Source: an uncultured Clostridia bacterium
GTDB lineage: Bacteria; Bacillota; Clostridia; TANB77; CAG-465
Direction of reading: 5' to 3'
NCBI GenBank assembly: GCA_944388585.1
Contig: CALXJI010000003.1
Coordinates: 4,500-68,499, forward strand
DNA: 64,000 nucleotides
The notes below the pieces were generated by a model that did not search any database, had not been told where the DNA came from, and worked only from the letters and a program-made list of their open reading frames with translations. The position numbers were made by a program, and so were the translations under genes. Of this stretch, positions 17,208 through 27,600 are shown in pieces; the stretch's first letter is position 1, and each line of letters begins with the position of its first letter.

Positions 17208-18617
17208 TTATATTTTTCTTATTAATTTTTTTAAATACTTCCATACTTTAAGTGTAGATTTAATAGATAATCTTTCACTTGGACTATGTGCATCATATAA
17301 ATTAGGTCCTATGCATATGTACTCACAATCTTGCTTTTTACTAACAAAAAATCCTCCTTCAACTACTCCTTGTGATATTATTTGTTCCATATCTTCTCCA
17401 AACATCTTTTCATATACTGCCTTGCAAGTATTAGCTAAATTATTATTATCTTTTTTTGGTACTCCTTTTAAATTTTGAGTCCATTTTACAGTTAAACTAT
17501 ATTTAGATATTAAATTACTTAAATTATCTAAATATTGCTCCTCTGCCTCTTTAACATTACTTCTTTGAGAAAAAGCAATATTTACTTCATTTTCTTTTAT
17601 ATTAACTTGTGCCATATTTCTAGATTGTACCACGTTACCTTCTTCATCTGTTTTTATTGCTCCATTTTCAAATTCAAATATAAAACCAATCAAATCATTT
17701 GATACTCTCTCATCTAACACTTTTTCTTGATGTTTTATTTTACCTAAAGCTATATTTACTTGTTCTCCATAAAATTGTTTTTGAAAATTAATATATTCTT
17801 GTAATATACTTTCCACATTTTCATCATTTGTGGCAAAAGTAATATTTACATTACGTGGTATTACATTTACTCTACTTCCTCCATTTATTCGTATAATCCT
17901 ATATGTATCTAATTTTGTTAATAATTCCACTCCAAGCTTTATTGGATTACCTCTTTTTTCATCTGCGATATTTGCGCCAGAGTGTCCTCCTTTAAAATTA
18001 TCATAAATAAGCTCATAGCAATATTTATATTCATTTTTTTGTGTTTTATATGGTAATGTACATATCCATTCTTCACACTCAGCTGAACTTACCAGCATTT
18101 TTCCCTCTTTTGAACCATCTAGCGAAATAATTTTATTACTCTCTATCTTATCCATATCTAAATTAATTGCTCCAAGCATTGTAGTCTCCTCTTGTGATGT
18201 AAAAATACATTCAAGTTTAGGAGATACAATATTGTCTAAATCAAGTAATGCTAATATATATGCAACACCTATTCCATTATCTGCTCCAAGTGTCGTACCC
18301 TTTGCTCTAATATAATCTCCATCTACATATAATTTTAATGGATCATTTAAAAAATCATGCTGAACATTATCTTGCTTTTCGCAAATCATATCTGTATGTG
18401 CCTGTATTGCTACTGCCTTTTTAAATTCTTGTCCCTTTGATGCTTCTTTTATTATAACTATATTGTTATATTCATCTGTATAATATTTTAAATTTCTTTC
18501 TTTAGCAAAATTTACTAAATATTTTACTATTTCCTGTTCATTACCAGATTTTCTAGGTATTTTACTAATTTCTTCAAAATATTTAAATACACTATATTTT
18601 CTTAAATTTTCTAACAT
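17208..18617 (-). CDS. pepD: aminoacyl-histidine (Xaa-His) dipeptidase, M20 family
   Basis: FEEISKIPRKSGNE, QAHTDMICEK, GTTLGADNGIGVAY and FTSQEETTMLGA. Confidence 0.85.
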   Translation of the reverse strand: MLENLRKYSVFKYFEEISKIPRKSGNEQEIVKYLVNFAKERNLKYYTDEYNNIVIIKEASKGQEFKKAVAIQAHTDMICEKQDNVQHDFLNDPLKLYVDGDYIRAKGTTLGADNGIGVAYILALLDLDNIVSPKLECIFTSQEETTMLGAINLDMDKIESNKIISLDGSKEGKMLVSSAECEEWICTLPYKTQKNEYKYCYELIYDNFKGGHSGANIADEKRGNPIKLGVELLTKLDTYRIIRINGGSRVNVIPRNVNITFATNDENVESILQEYINFQKQFYGEQVNIALGKIKHQEKVLDERVSNDLIGFIFEFENGAIKTDEEGNVVQSRNMAQVNIKENEVNIAFSQRSNVKEAEEQYLDNLSNLISKYSLTVKWTQNLKGVPKKDNNNLANTCKAVYEKMFGEDMEQIISQGVVEGGFFVSKKQDCEYICIGPNLYDAHSPSERLSIKSTLKVWKYLKKLIRKI

Positions 18618-18629
18618 ATTATCACTTCC

Positions 18630-19394
18630 TTAATTTGAATATCTTTTTAAAAATTCTTTAGTTCTTTTCTTTTTAGGATTATCTATTACATCTTTTGGTA
18701 TTCCTTCCTCTATAATTTTACCATCACACATAAATATAACTCTATCTGCTATTTCTTTTGCAAACTGAATTTCATGAGTTACTATTACCATTGTTCTATT
18801 TTGTGATGCAAGTTTTTTTACTACTTTTAATACTTCTCCTACAAGTTCTGGATCTAGTGCACTTGTAGGTTCATCCATAAATATGATTTGAGGAGCTATA
18901 GCAAGTGTTCTTGCAATAGATGCTCTTTGCTGCTCACCACCTGAAAGATTACAAGGATATTTTCTTTCTTTTCCTTTAAGGCCCATGTTTTCTAATATTT
19001 TTAACGCTTTATTTTCTGCCTCTTTATAATCTAGCTTTAATACATGTACCATAGCTTCGGTTACATTTTGAAGTACAGATAAATGTGGAAATAAATTAAA
19101 ATTTTGAAAAACCATACCACACTCTAAGTTCATCTTATTTAAAATATCTTTTGTATTATATATTACTTTCCCGTTTTTCATCTCTTTTATCATTGAATCT
19201 TCATTTATTGTTACATTTCCACCATCTATTTTTTCCAGCTGATTTATACATCTTAGTATAGTAGATTTACCAGAACCTGATGCACCAATTATAACTAAAA
19301 CTTCACCTTTATTTACTGTAAACGATACATTTTTTACTGCATAGGAATCATTATATTTTTTAACCAAATTCTCTACTTTTAAAATTTCATTCAT
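18630..19394 (-). CDS. polar amino-acid ABC transporter ATP-binding protein
   Basis: [17 protein letters not shown] and IFMDEPTSALDPE. Confidence 0.9.
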   Translation of the reverse strand: MNEILKVENLVKKYNDSYAVKNVSFTVNKGEVLVIIGASGSGKSTILRCINQLEKIDGGNVTINEDSMIKEMKNGKVIYNTKDILNKMNLECGMVFQNFNLFPHLSVLQNVTEAMVHVLKLDYKEAENKALKILENMGLKGKERKYPCNLSGGEQQRASIARTLAIAPQIIFMDEPTSALDPELVGEVLKVVKKLASQNRTMVIVTHEIQFAKEIADRVIFMCDGKIIEEGIPKDVIDNPKKKRTKEFLKRYSN

Positions 19395-19407
19395 AATTAT
19401 ATCCTCC

Positions 19408-20058
19408 TTAAGTTATAGTATAATAGCTAAACTTCTTCTCTAGCTTATTAAATACAAAGGTAATAATTGTACAAAGTGCAAGATATATTAAAGCTGCAAT
19501 GCAAAGTGGTAGTATGGAAAACTGAAAACTTGCTTGCTTTTGAGCAAGTGCAAAAACCTCAGTAACTCCAATTATTTGTGCAAGAGATGTTGTCTTTACA
19601 AGTGATATAACCTCATTTGACATAGAAGGTAAAATTCTTTTTATAACTTGTGGTAGTATTATTTTAAAAAAAGTCTGTGTCTTAGAAAAGCCAAGCGTAA
19701 AAGCTGCTTCCTTTTGACCTTTAGGAATACTTAATATTCCACTTCTAAATATCTGAGAAAAATATGCTGCATAATTAATTACAAAAGCAATTATAACTGC
19801 TAAAAATCTATCATATGATAGCTTAAACAAATAATATGGTGCAAAATATACAAAGATTATTTGAAGCATCATAGGTGTTCCACGTATTATTAATATATAA
19901 ATTTTTATTATAGCATTTAATATTTTATTTTTAGAATTTTGAGCAATAGCTACTACTATACCTAGAGGTATTGCAAATAATAATGTAAGTATGAAAATTA
20001 ATATAGTAGTAAATAAGCCTTGTGAAAGTATATTAAACAAATTTAAAATATTATCCAT
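19408..20058 (-). CDS. amino-acid ABC transporter permease (HisMQ/GlnP type)
   Basis: Multi-TM protein with an EAA-like loop KGQKEAAFTLGFSKTQTFFKIILPQ. Confidence 0.85.
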   Translation of the reverse strand: MDNILNLFNILSQGLFTTILIFILTLLFAIPLGIVVAIAQNSKNKILNAIIKIYILIIRGTPMMLQIIFVYFAPYYLFKLSYDRFLAVIIAFVINYAAYFSQIFRSGILSIPKGQKEAAFTLGFSKTQTFFKIILPQVIKRILPSMSNEVISLVKTTSLAQIIGVTEVFALAQKQASFQFSILPLCIAALIYLALCTIITFVFNKLEKKFSYYTIT

Positions 20059-20069
20059 AATTCATCCCA

Positions 20070-20858
20070 TTAATTATTTGTTATATCTTTGCCAAACCAT
20101 TTAATTGAAATTTCACTAAGCTTACCTTCCTGTCTAATCTCTTCTATTGCTTGCTCAACTTTATCTTTTAACTCTATATTTCCTTTTTTAAATGCTATAA
20201 CCATTCCTTTAGATTCTTCTCCTATTGAAGCATCAAAAGTATTAAATTCTTTTCCTTGTTGATTCATAATATAATTTCCAGATATTTCACTCATATATAC
20301 TGCATCAACATTTCCTGTTTCTAAGTCCATTAAAGCAGTCAAATAATCTGTATATCCTATAACCTCACCAACACTTTTTCCAAACTCAGATTCTGAAAGT
20401 CTTCTTTCTTGTATAGAGCCACTTTGTACACCTATTTTTTTGCCAATCAAATCCTCTTGTTTACTATAATCTGAATCTGTTTTTACTACAAACATAGACT
20501 TATCTTTTATATATGGTTTACTTAAAGTCATAGCTTCATCTCTTTCTTCTGTATATCCAAAACCATTCCATATACAGTCTATATTTCCAGAATCTAATTC
20601 TTGTTCTTTTGCAGCCCAAGATATTGGTTGTACTTTTAACTGTAAGCCTAACTTATTACATACTTCTTGTGCTAGATCAATATCAAAACCTACTAACTCA
20701 TTATTTTCATTTCTAAATCCCATCGGTGGAAAACTATCGTCCATTCCAAGCACTAAGATATTTTCCTGTTCTTTTTGATTATTTAAATTAAAATAAATAC
20801 CTACTACTAATACTAAAATAATAACAATTACTAAAGCAATTATAATCTTCTTATTCAT
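20070..20858 (-). CDS. amino-acid ABC transporter substrate-binding protein
   Basis: N-terminal anchor, then a family-3 SBP pattern (FPPMGFRNENNELVGFDIDLA...). Confidence 0.85.
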   Translation of the reverse strand: MNKKIIIALVIVIILVLVVGIYFNLNNQKEQENILVLGMDDSFPPMGFRNENNELVGFDIDLAQEVCNKLGLQLKVQPISWAAKEQELDSGNIDCIWNGFGYTEERDEAMTLSKPYIKDKSMFVVKTDSDYSKQEDLIGKKIGVQSGSIQERRLSESEFGKSVGEVIGYTDYLTALMDLETGNVDAVYMSEISGNYIMNQQGKEFNTFDASIGEESKGMVIAFKKGNIELKDKVEQAIEEIRQEGKLSEISIKWFGKDITNN

Positions 20859-20935
20859 TTTTATTTCCTCCTTAAAATTAAATACAAAAAGTAAAAACTA
20901 TATTAAAATGTCGCGACCAATTTTAATATAAATAT

Positions 20936-20976
20936 GAAAAAGGACCCTAAAAGTACTACAAGTACCTTTAAGGTCC
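20936..20976 (-). terminator. strong intrinsic terminator within the 5' leader of the amino-acid ABC/pepD operon
   Basis: Minus strand reads aggaccttaaaggtact-tgt-agtacttttagggtcct followed by ttttt, about 80 nt upstream of the first start codon. Confidence 0.75.
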
Positions 20977-21134
20977 TAAAACAATAAAGGCACAAGCATC
21001 AAAAGCCTGTGCCTAAATTTAAGACACAAGCTTACTTAATATGATGATTATAACCTTTATTGTTTAATATATTTCTCATAAAAATTTCCCCTTTTTGTTG
21101 TATCTAGGATACTATGTTTATTATTATTTGTCAA
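20977..21134 (-). promoter_or_regulatory. leader region: candidate promoter, a 15-codon mini-ORF (21032-21079, MRNILNNKGYNHHIK) and mutually exclusive hairpins
   Basis: TTGACA at 21134-21129. RBS aaagggga plus ATG at 21079. Segments gcttgtgtct / aggcacaggc / gcttgtgcct can pair 1:2 or 2:3. Confidence 0.4.
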
Positions 21135-21392
21135 TAGTTTTTTTATAAAAAATTATTTTGATATTAATTTTTAAGTAACAATTAGACACTTTTGTCGAAA
21201 CTTAATATTAAAAACTATATTGATTTTTTGTTTTGCTTATGATAAACTTAATATAAAATTAATACAAATATCTTGCTTTCAATATATTTAATTTGCACTT
21301 AATAAAGCATTTTATTTTATTGGAAGTTTTTTTGCATATAATAGACATATCATTAAAATATTCTAAAAATTATTTTTATAAGGAGAATTTAT

Positions 21393-23504
21393 ATGGGAAG
21401 AAAATTAAAAACATTAAATGAAATGAAATATTTTGACTTTACCTTACAACCAGGTAAAGAGCAAACAAAAAGAATTAGCATTAACTCTTCCGATCCATTT
21501 ATTAGTATAATAACTGTATATGATAAAGAAGATAACGAAGAATATATTATTCAAACACTAAATTCACTAAAAAATCAAACATTTCCTTTTTGGGAATGGA
21601 TTGTAATAACAAATAATGAAAGTATAATCTTAAATGAATATGCTAAAAAAGATAAAAGAATAAAAATCTATACATATGAATACAAAAGTATATCTCAAGC
21701 AAAACAATACGGTGCAACCATTGCAAGTTGTGATTTATTGTTTATACTAAATAAAAATAATTTACTAGATAAAACAATGCTTGAATGTGGATTTTTTACA
21801 ATGACATTTAATAAAGATGCTGTCTTTGCATATTCAAGAACTGTAGAATTTGGTGCAAAAAATCAATTATATAATACCAAATTAAGTATATCTGAAGAAA
21901 AAAAGAAGAATATAATTCCTTCTGATATATTTGTGAGAAAAGATAAATTTTTAGAAGATTATTTAAAACTTGGAAATGATACCTTTGAAGATTGGTATTT
22001 ATGGCTTACATTCCTTTCTAAAGAATATATTCCATTAAAAATGGGATTTTATGGATTTTGGCAAAGAAATACTAAAGAAGCAAAAAAAATCAGAATAACA
22101 ATTAATGATAAACTTAATAATAAACTTACAAAAGTAATGGATAAAATTAATCCCAAAACAGAGATCATACAATTTGATGACAGTTATGAAGTAGATTATA
22201 AAAATGTACCAGAGAAAATAGATTTAAAAAGAAAACCTATTGTACCAGATAATGATGTAAAAAGAATATTATTTATATTACCCTGGTCTGTAGTTGGTGG
22301 TGCTGATATATTTAATTTAAATCTAATAAAAGGACTAAAGCAAAAAAATTACGAAATATCTGTTATAACAACTCAAAAATGTGATTATGCATTAAGACAA
22401 GGAATTGAACAATATGTTGAAGAATATTTTGATTTAACAACTTTTTTAAAAAGAAAAGACTGGGCATCTTTTATAGAATATATAATTAGAAGTAGAAGAA
22501 TTAAATTAGTATTTCTAAGTAATAGTTACTACGGATATTATGCTCTTCCTTGGTTAAAATGTCATTTTAAAGACATACCTTTTGTAGATTATATACATGC
22601 TGAAAATTGGACATTAAGAAATGGAGGATTTCCAAAAGACTCTAATGCAGTTGCAAATTATTTAGATGCTACATACACATGTACTGCACATTTAAGAGAT
22701 GTAATGTATAAAACTATGAAAAGAAGTGTAAAAAATGTAAAGCCAATTTATATTGGAACTGATGCATCATTTTATGATCCAGATATTCCTAACGAAAAAG
22801 ATGAAGAATTACAAAACATGTATAAGGGAAAAAAAGTAATTTTATTTCCAAGTAGAATAGTACATTATAAAAGACCGCTATTTGCAATAAAAGTATTACA
22901 AAATATTCTAAAAACAAGAAAAGATGTAAGACTTGCTATAGCCGGAGATGGTGCTGCATTTGAAGATGTAAAAAAATATATAGCAGATAACAATTTAGAA
23001 GAATATGTCACTTGCTTTGGCATGCAACAAGATGTACGTCCATTTTATAAAGTTGCTAATGTTACTCTTATATGCTCTTTAAGAGAAGGACTCACACTTA
23101 CAACTTATGAATCTTTATCAATGGGAGTTCCTATAGTATCCTCTGATGTTGGAGGACAAGCTGAACTTATAGGAGAAGACTGCGGTATGCTAATAAAGCC
23201 ATACCAAACACCTGATCAACAATTTGACTTTAACTATTCAAAAGAAGAAATAGATGAATATACTAAAGCTATTTTATATATTATAGATAATTATAAGAAA
23301 GAAGATATAAAAGATATATGCAGAAATAAAATACTAGAACACTTTACAATAAATAAAATGGTATCTAATTTAGATAAAGAATTTACAAAACTTATAGAAA
23401 GTGGAAGTAAAATAGATAAAGATGTTTGTAAAAATATTGGTCTTGCAGAAAGATATTTGCTTGTTCATAGTGTTTTAGAAAGTAAAGATGAAAAAAAGAA
23501 ATAA
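21393..23504 (+). CDS. two-domain glycosyltransferase (N-terminal GT2-like, C-terminal GT4/GT1-like)
   Basis: N-terminus: ISIITVYDKEDNEEYIIQTLNSLKNQTF. C-terminus: E-x7-E-type region REGLTLTTYESLSMGVPIVSSDVGGQAELI. Confidence 0.75.
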   Translation: MGRKLKTLNEMKYFDFTLQPGKEQTKRISINSSDPFISIITVYDKEDNEEYIIQTLNSLKNQTFPFWEWIVITNNESIILNEYAKKDKRIKIYTYEYKSISQAKQYGATIASCDLLFILNKNNLLDKTMLECGFFTMTFNKDAVFAYSRTVEFGAKNQLYNTKLSISEEKKKNIIPSDIFVRKDKFLEDYLKLGNDTFEDWYLWLTFLSKEYIPLKMGFYGFWQRNTKEAKKIRITINDKLNNKLTKVMDKINPKTEIIQFDDSYEVDYKNVPEKIDLKRKPIVPDNDVKRILFILPWSVVGGADIFNLNLIKGLKQKNYEISVITTQKCDYALRQGIEQYVEEYFDLTTFLKRKDWASFIEYIIRSRRIKLVFLSNSYYGYYALPWLKCHFKDIPFVDYIHAENWTLRNGGFPKDSNAVANYLDATYTCTAHLRDVMYKTMKRSVKNVKPIYIGTDASFYDPDIPNEKDEELQNMYKGKKVILFPSRIVHYKRPLFAIKVLQNILKTRKDVRLAIAGDGAAFEDVKKYIADNNLEEYVTCFGMQQDVRPFYKVANVTLICSLREGLTLTTYESLSMGVPIVSSDVGGQAELIGEDCGMLIKPYQTPDQQFDFNYSKEEIDEYTKAILYIIDNYKKEDIKDICRNKILEHFTINKMVSNLDKEFTKLIESGSKIDKDVCKNIGLAERYLLVHSVLESKDEKKK

Positions 23505-23511
23505 AATAAAT

Positions 23512-23548
23512 AAGGAGATATTTGTTTATTTAATAATATCTCCTTTTT
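23512..23548. terminator. intrinsic terminator between convergent genes
   Basis: aaggagatat ... atatctcctt followed by ttt. Confidence 0.7.
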
Positions 23549-23549
23549 A

Positions 23550-24578
23550 TTATAATTTTTCTATTAATTTATCCACATTTTCCTCCACTGTAGCCCAAGA
23601 AGTACAAATTCTTACTGCTGTATTATTTTCATCTATTATTTTCCATTTAAAAAATGAAAAATCTTTTTCAAGCTCATTTAGTTTATCATTATTTATTATC
23701 ACAAATTGCTGATTACTATATGAATCATATAATAACTTATATCCCTTATCTAATAAAGCTTTTTTTAATTTCATAGCTAATTCTACTGCATTTTTACATA
23801 TTTTAAAGTATAAATCGTTCTCCATTAAAACATCAAATTGTATTCCAAGCATTCTTCCCTTTGCAAGAAGTGCTCCTCTTTGCTTCATATTGTGCCTAAA
23901 ATCTATTTTTAGCTTATCATTTATAATTATTAACGCTTCACCAAATAAAGCACCACATTTTGTTCCTCCAATGTAAAACATATCACATAAATCTGATATA
24001 TCTTCTAATGTATTTATATCTGTATCTTTAGACACTAATCCATATCCAAGTCTTGCTCCATCAATGTACAAATATAAACTGTATTTTTTACATATATCAT
24101 AAATACTTTTAAGTTCATCCTTTGTATAATTTGTTCCACATTCGGTAGGAAAAGAGATAAATACCATTTTAGGCATCACCATATGCTCACACGCACCATC
24201 ATTTATATAATCTTTCATTATCTTATCTATATCATTAGATGTTATTTTTCCATTTTTATTTTTAGTTATAATTACTTTATGACCTGTTGCTTCAATTGCA
24301 CCTGCCTCATGTACATTTATATGACCAGTATCTACACAAATTACACCCTGATATGGTTTTAACGCACTTGAAATTGCAACTAAATTTACTTGTGTTCCAC
24401 AAGACACAATGTGAACATCTATATTTTCTTTATTACACAACTTTCTTATTTTAGATATTGCACTTTTTGTATAAATATCATTACCATAGCCTGGTGTTTG
24501 TTCATAATTTGTGTCTACAATTTTTCTTAATATTTTAGGATGTGCACCCTCTAAATAATCACAATCAAATCTTATCAT
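23550..24578 (-). CDS. PLP-dependent threonine aldolase / beta-eliminating lyase family protein
   Basis: FDCDYLEGAHPKIL, GTQVNL and FYIGGTKCGA (PLP lysine region). I prefer the start at MIRFDCDY. Confidence 0.7.
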   Translation of the reverse strand: MIRFDCDYLEGAHPKILRKIVDTNYEQTPGYGNDIYTKSAISKIRKLCNKENIDVHIVSCGTQVNLVAISSALKPYQGVICVDTGHINVHEAGAIEATGHKVIITKNKNGKITSNDIDKIMKDYINDGACEHMVMPKMVFISFPTECGTNYTKDELKSIYDICKKYSLYLYIDGARLGYGLVSKDTDINTLEDISDLCDMFYIGGTKCGALFGEALIIINDKLKIDFRHNMKQRGALLAKGRMLGIQFDVLMENDLYFKICKNAVELAMKLKKALLDKGYKLLYDSYSNQQFVIINNDKLNELEKDFSFFKWKIIDENNTAVRICTSWATVEENVDKLIEKL

Positions 24579-24639
24579 AATCAACACTCCGTTATATTAA
24601 TTATAATATATATTAAATAATTATACAAATAAATTAGAC

Positions 24640-24665
24640 GTAAAAATAAAGGACTTACGTCCTTT
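24640..24665 (-). terminator. intrinsic terminator after the FtsX-type permease gene
   Basis: Minus strand reads aaaggac-gtaa-gtccttt followed by attttt. Confidence 0.6.
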
Positions 24666-27600
24666 ATTCTACACTTTTTAAAGATTCTATCATATTTATC
24701 TTTTTCAAAGCAAAATATGTTACAAAATTTACTATAAGTGTAAATAATATTGTTATTAATGCTGCATATACATAGCTTATTGGATGAATTAAAGTAACAA
24801 ATCTTAACACATTTATTTCACATGTTTTTAGAATAAATGACGTAAGTGCCACACCACCAAATAGCCCAATTACAATTCCCATAAAAGTCAATATTGTTGT
24901 TTCTTTTGAAATGTAATTGTATACTTCATTATCATAAAATCCTAAAACTTTAATTGTTGCAAGTTCACGAATTCTTTCACTAATATTAACATTTGCCAAA
25001 TTATATAATACTACAAAAGCAAGTAATCCAGATGATACAATTAATACCCAAACAACATAATTTAATGATTCCATCATATCAGATATCATACCTTTCATTG
25101 TTTCTATATCAGTTAATGATGATACTCTATTATCTGACATAATATCTCTTGAAAAATTATCTAAATTATTTAAACCAAAATCATTATTTTTTACTATTAA
25201 CATATTAGTAGAATATTCGCCAATTAAATTGTTATATAAATCTTTTGACATATATGCATAATGATAAACATAATTTCTTACAATTTTTCCCACCTTTATT
25301 TCAACTGGTTCTCCATCACTATTTTCTAGTGTAACTGTATCTCCTTCATTTACATCTAAAAGCTGTGCCAACTTATCTGTAAGATAAATTGTATTATCAT
25401 CTAGTTCAACTTTATTTCCATCTAAGTCTGTTAAATTTACTATACTATATAAATCTTCTTTTTTTTCTGTTATCATTATTTGTACATCTTCAGATACTTC
25501 TCCCGATGTAATAGTTGTAGTCGACAAATATGTTTTTACAGATAATTCTACATCATCTCTATTTAATATTTCATTATTAAATTTTGTTATTTCATCATCT
25601 GATAAGCTTGATTTTACTCCTATCATATAATTGTATCTAAATACCTCTCCATACTGATTTCCAATGATACTTGTTATAGAATCCTTAAGTCCAAATCCTG
25701 CAAGTATTAAAGCTGTACATCCTAGTATTCCTATGATTGTCATTAAAAATCTCTTTTTATACCTAAACATATTTCTTATTGTTACTTTTGTTGTAAAATT
25801 AAATCTATTCCAAATAAATGGAATTTTTTCTAGCAATACTCTTTTTCCAAGTTTAGGTGCTTTTGGTCTCATAAGTATTGCAGGTTTTTCTCTTAATTCT
25901 TTATAACATGTATATATAGTTGCACCAACTATACAAATTATAGCAAACCATAATCCTAATGCACCAGCTTCAAAATTAAATTCTACTACAAAATTTGGAA
26001 TTGTATACATCATCTGATACATCATCCATATTACTTTTGGTATTAAATAAAATCCAATACTCATTCCAAGTATTCCGCCAAATACTGTTGCAAGTGATGC
26101 ATATAAAATATATTTAAATGATATTTGAAGTTTTGTATATCCTAATGCTTTTAAAGTACCTATTTGTTGTCTTTGTTCTTCTACCATACGAGTCATAGAG
26201 TTTAAACTTATCAATGTAGCAATTACAAAAAATAGTATTGGAAATACTCTTCCTATATTTTCTATACTTTGTGTATCCTGCTTAAATCCATTAAATCCTG
26301 TATTATCATCTCTAGACAATATATATAATTTTGGATGTTCTATATTTGCTACTTCTTCTCTTGCATCTATAATTTCATCTTCTGCCTCTTTAATTTGATT
26401 ATTAAAATCTTCTCTATTTTTATCTAACTCTATTTGATTTTCATTAAGCTCTCTTTCTGAATTATCTATTTGCACCAAATAATCATCTATTAAACCATAA
26501 GCTTCTTGTTTATATGAATTAATTTCATTCTCTTTTTGTGTAAGTGCTATTTTTTGATCATCAATAGTAGTCTGAGCATCTTCTAATTCTTGATTTATTT
26601 GATTTACAGTATTATCTATTAAATATATTGCTTCTTCAAGTTCTCCCTTATTTTGATTTAAACTTTCAATTTCAGCTTCAATTTCAACTTTTAATCCTTT
26701 TAGATAATTAATTTCATCTTCACTTAAATCACCAGGATTTTCCAATATATTAAATATTTGATTGTTTTTATCTGTTGCAATAGTAATTCCCATTTCAACC
26801 TTAGATAAATTTTCTTCAAGTGTAGTTTTAGTATTTAAAGCATTATTTATTTGCTCTTGTGCAGTAATTCTTTGCTCATCTAATGTTTTTTGTGCATCAT
26901 CAAGTTGCACTTTTCCATCTTGAATTTGCTTGTCATAATCTGCAAACATAGTATCTAAACTATTCTTTTGAGAATTAATTGATACTTTAGAATCCTCTAT
27001 TTGTTTTCTGTAATCATCTATTTCTTTTTGAGCATCATTTAGCTTTTGTTCATTTTCTTGCCTATTTTTATCTAATTCTTGTTGAGCTTCATCTACTTTA
27101 TCATTTGCCTCTTTAATTAACTCATCATAACGTCTAGTATTAATTTGCTCTTCATAACCATTTATACTATCTAAAGCACTATTTGCTAATTTATTATACT
27201 CATCTGAAGTGGTTAAATATGAATTCTCATTTTTAATTTTAATATATAATTCTGTATATACGTCTAAATTAAAATTAGTACTATTAGTATAAATATAATA
27301 ATCTATTTTACCTGTACCAAGAGTACCACTACCTCTATCTCTTGTTATATACAGTGGGCTCTCAACTGTACCAACTATAGTTAATGTATCATTATTAAAA
27401 CTATCATCACTATCTTCAAGTACTATTGTATCACCTATTTTTTTTGCAGTTTGCGTCAAAAATCCTTGTTCTACAACACACTCACTATCACTTTGAGGAA
27501 GTCTTCCATCAATTAATATTACTTTATTTATATCAAGCAAAGAATGTACCTTTACCACAGGCTCCGAATTATTGCTTATATTTACTAAAGCTTCTTTACT

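Noticed and set aside
21193-21199. TGTCGAA (Spo0A-box-like heptamer) upstream of the glycosyltransferase gene.
   Set aside because: It is a single 7-mer, and several such matches are expected by chance in a window of this size.
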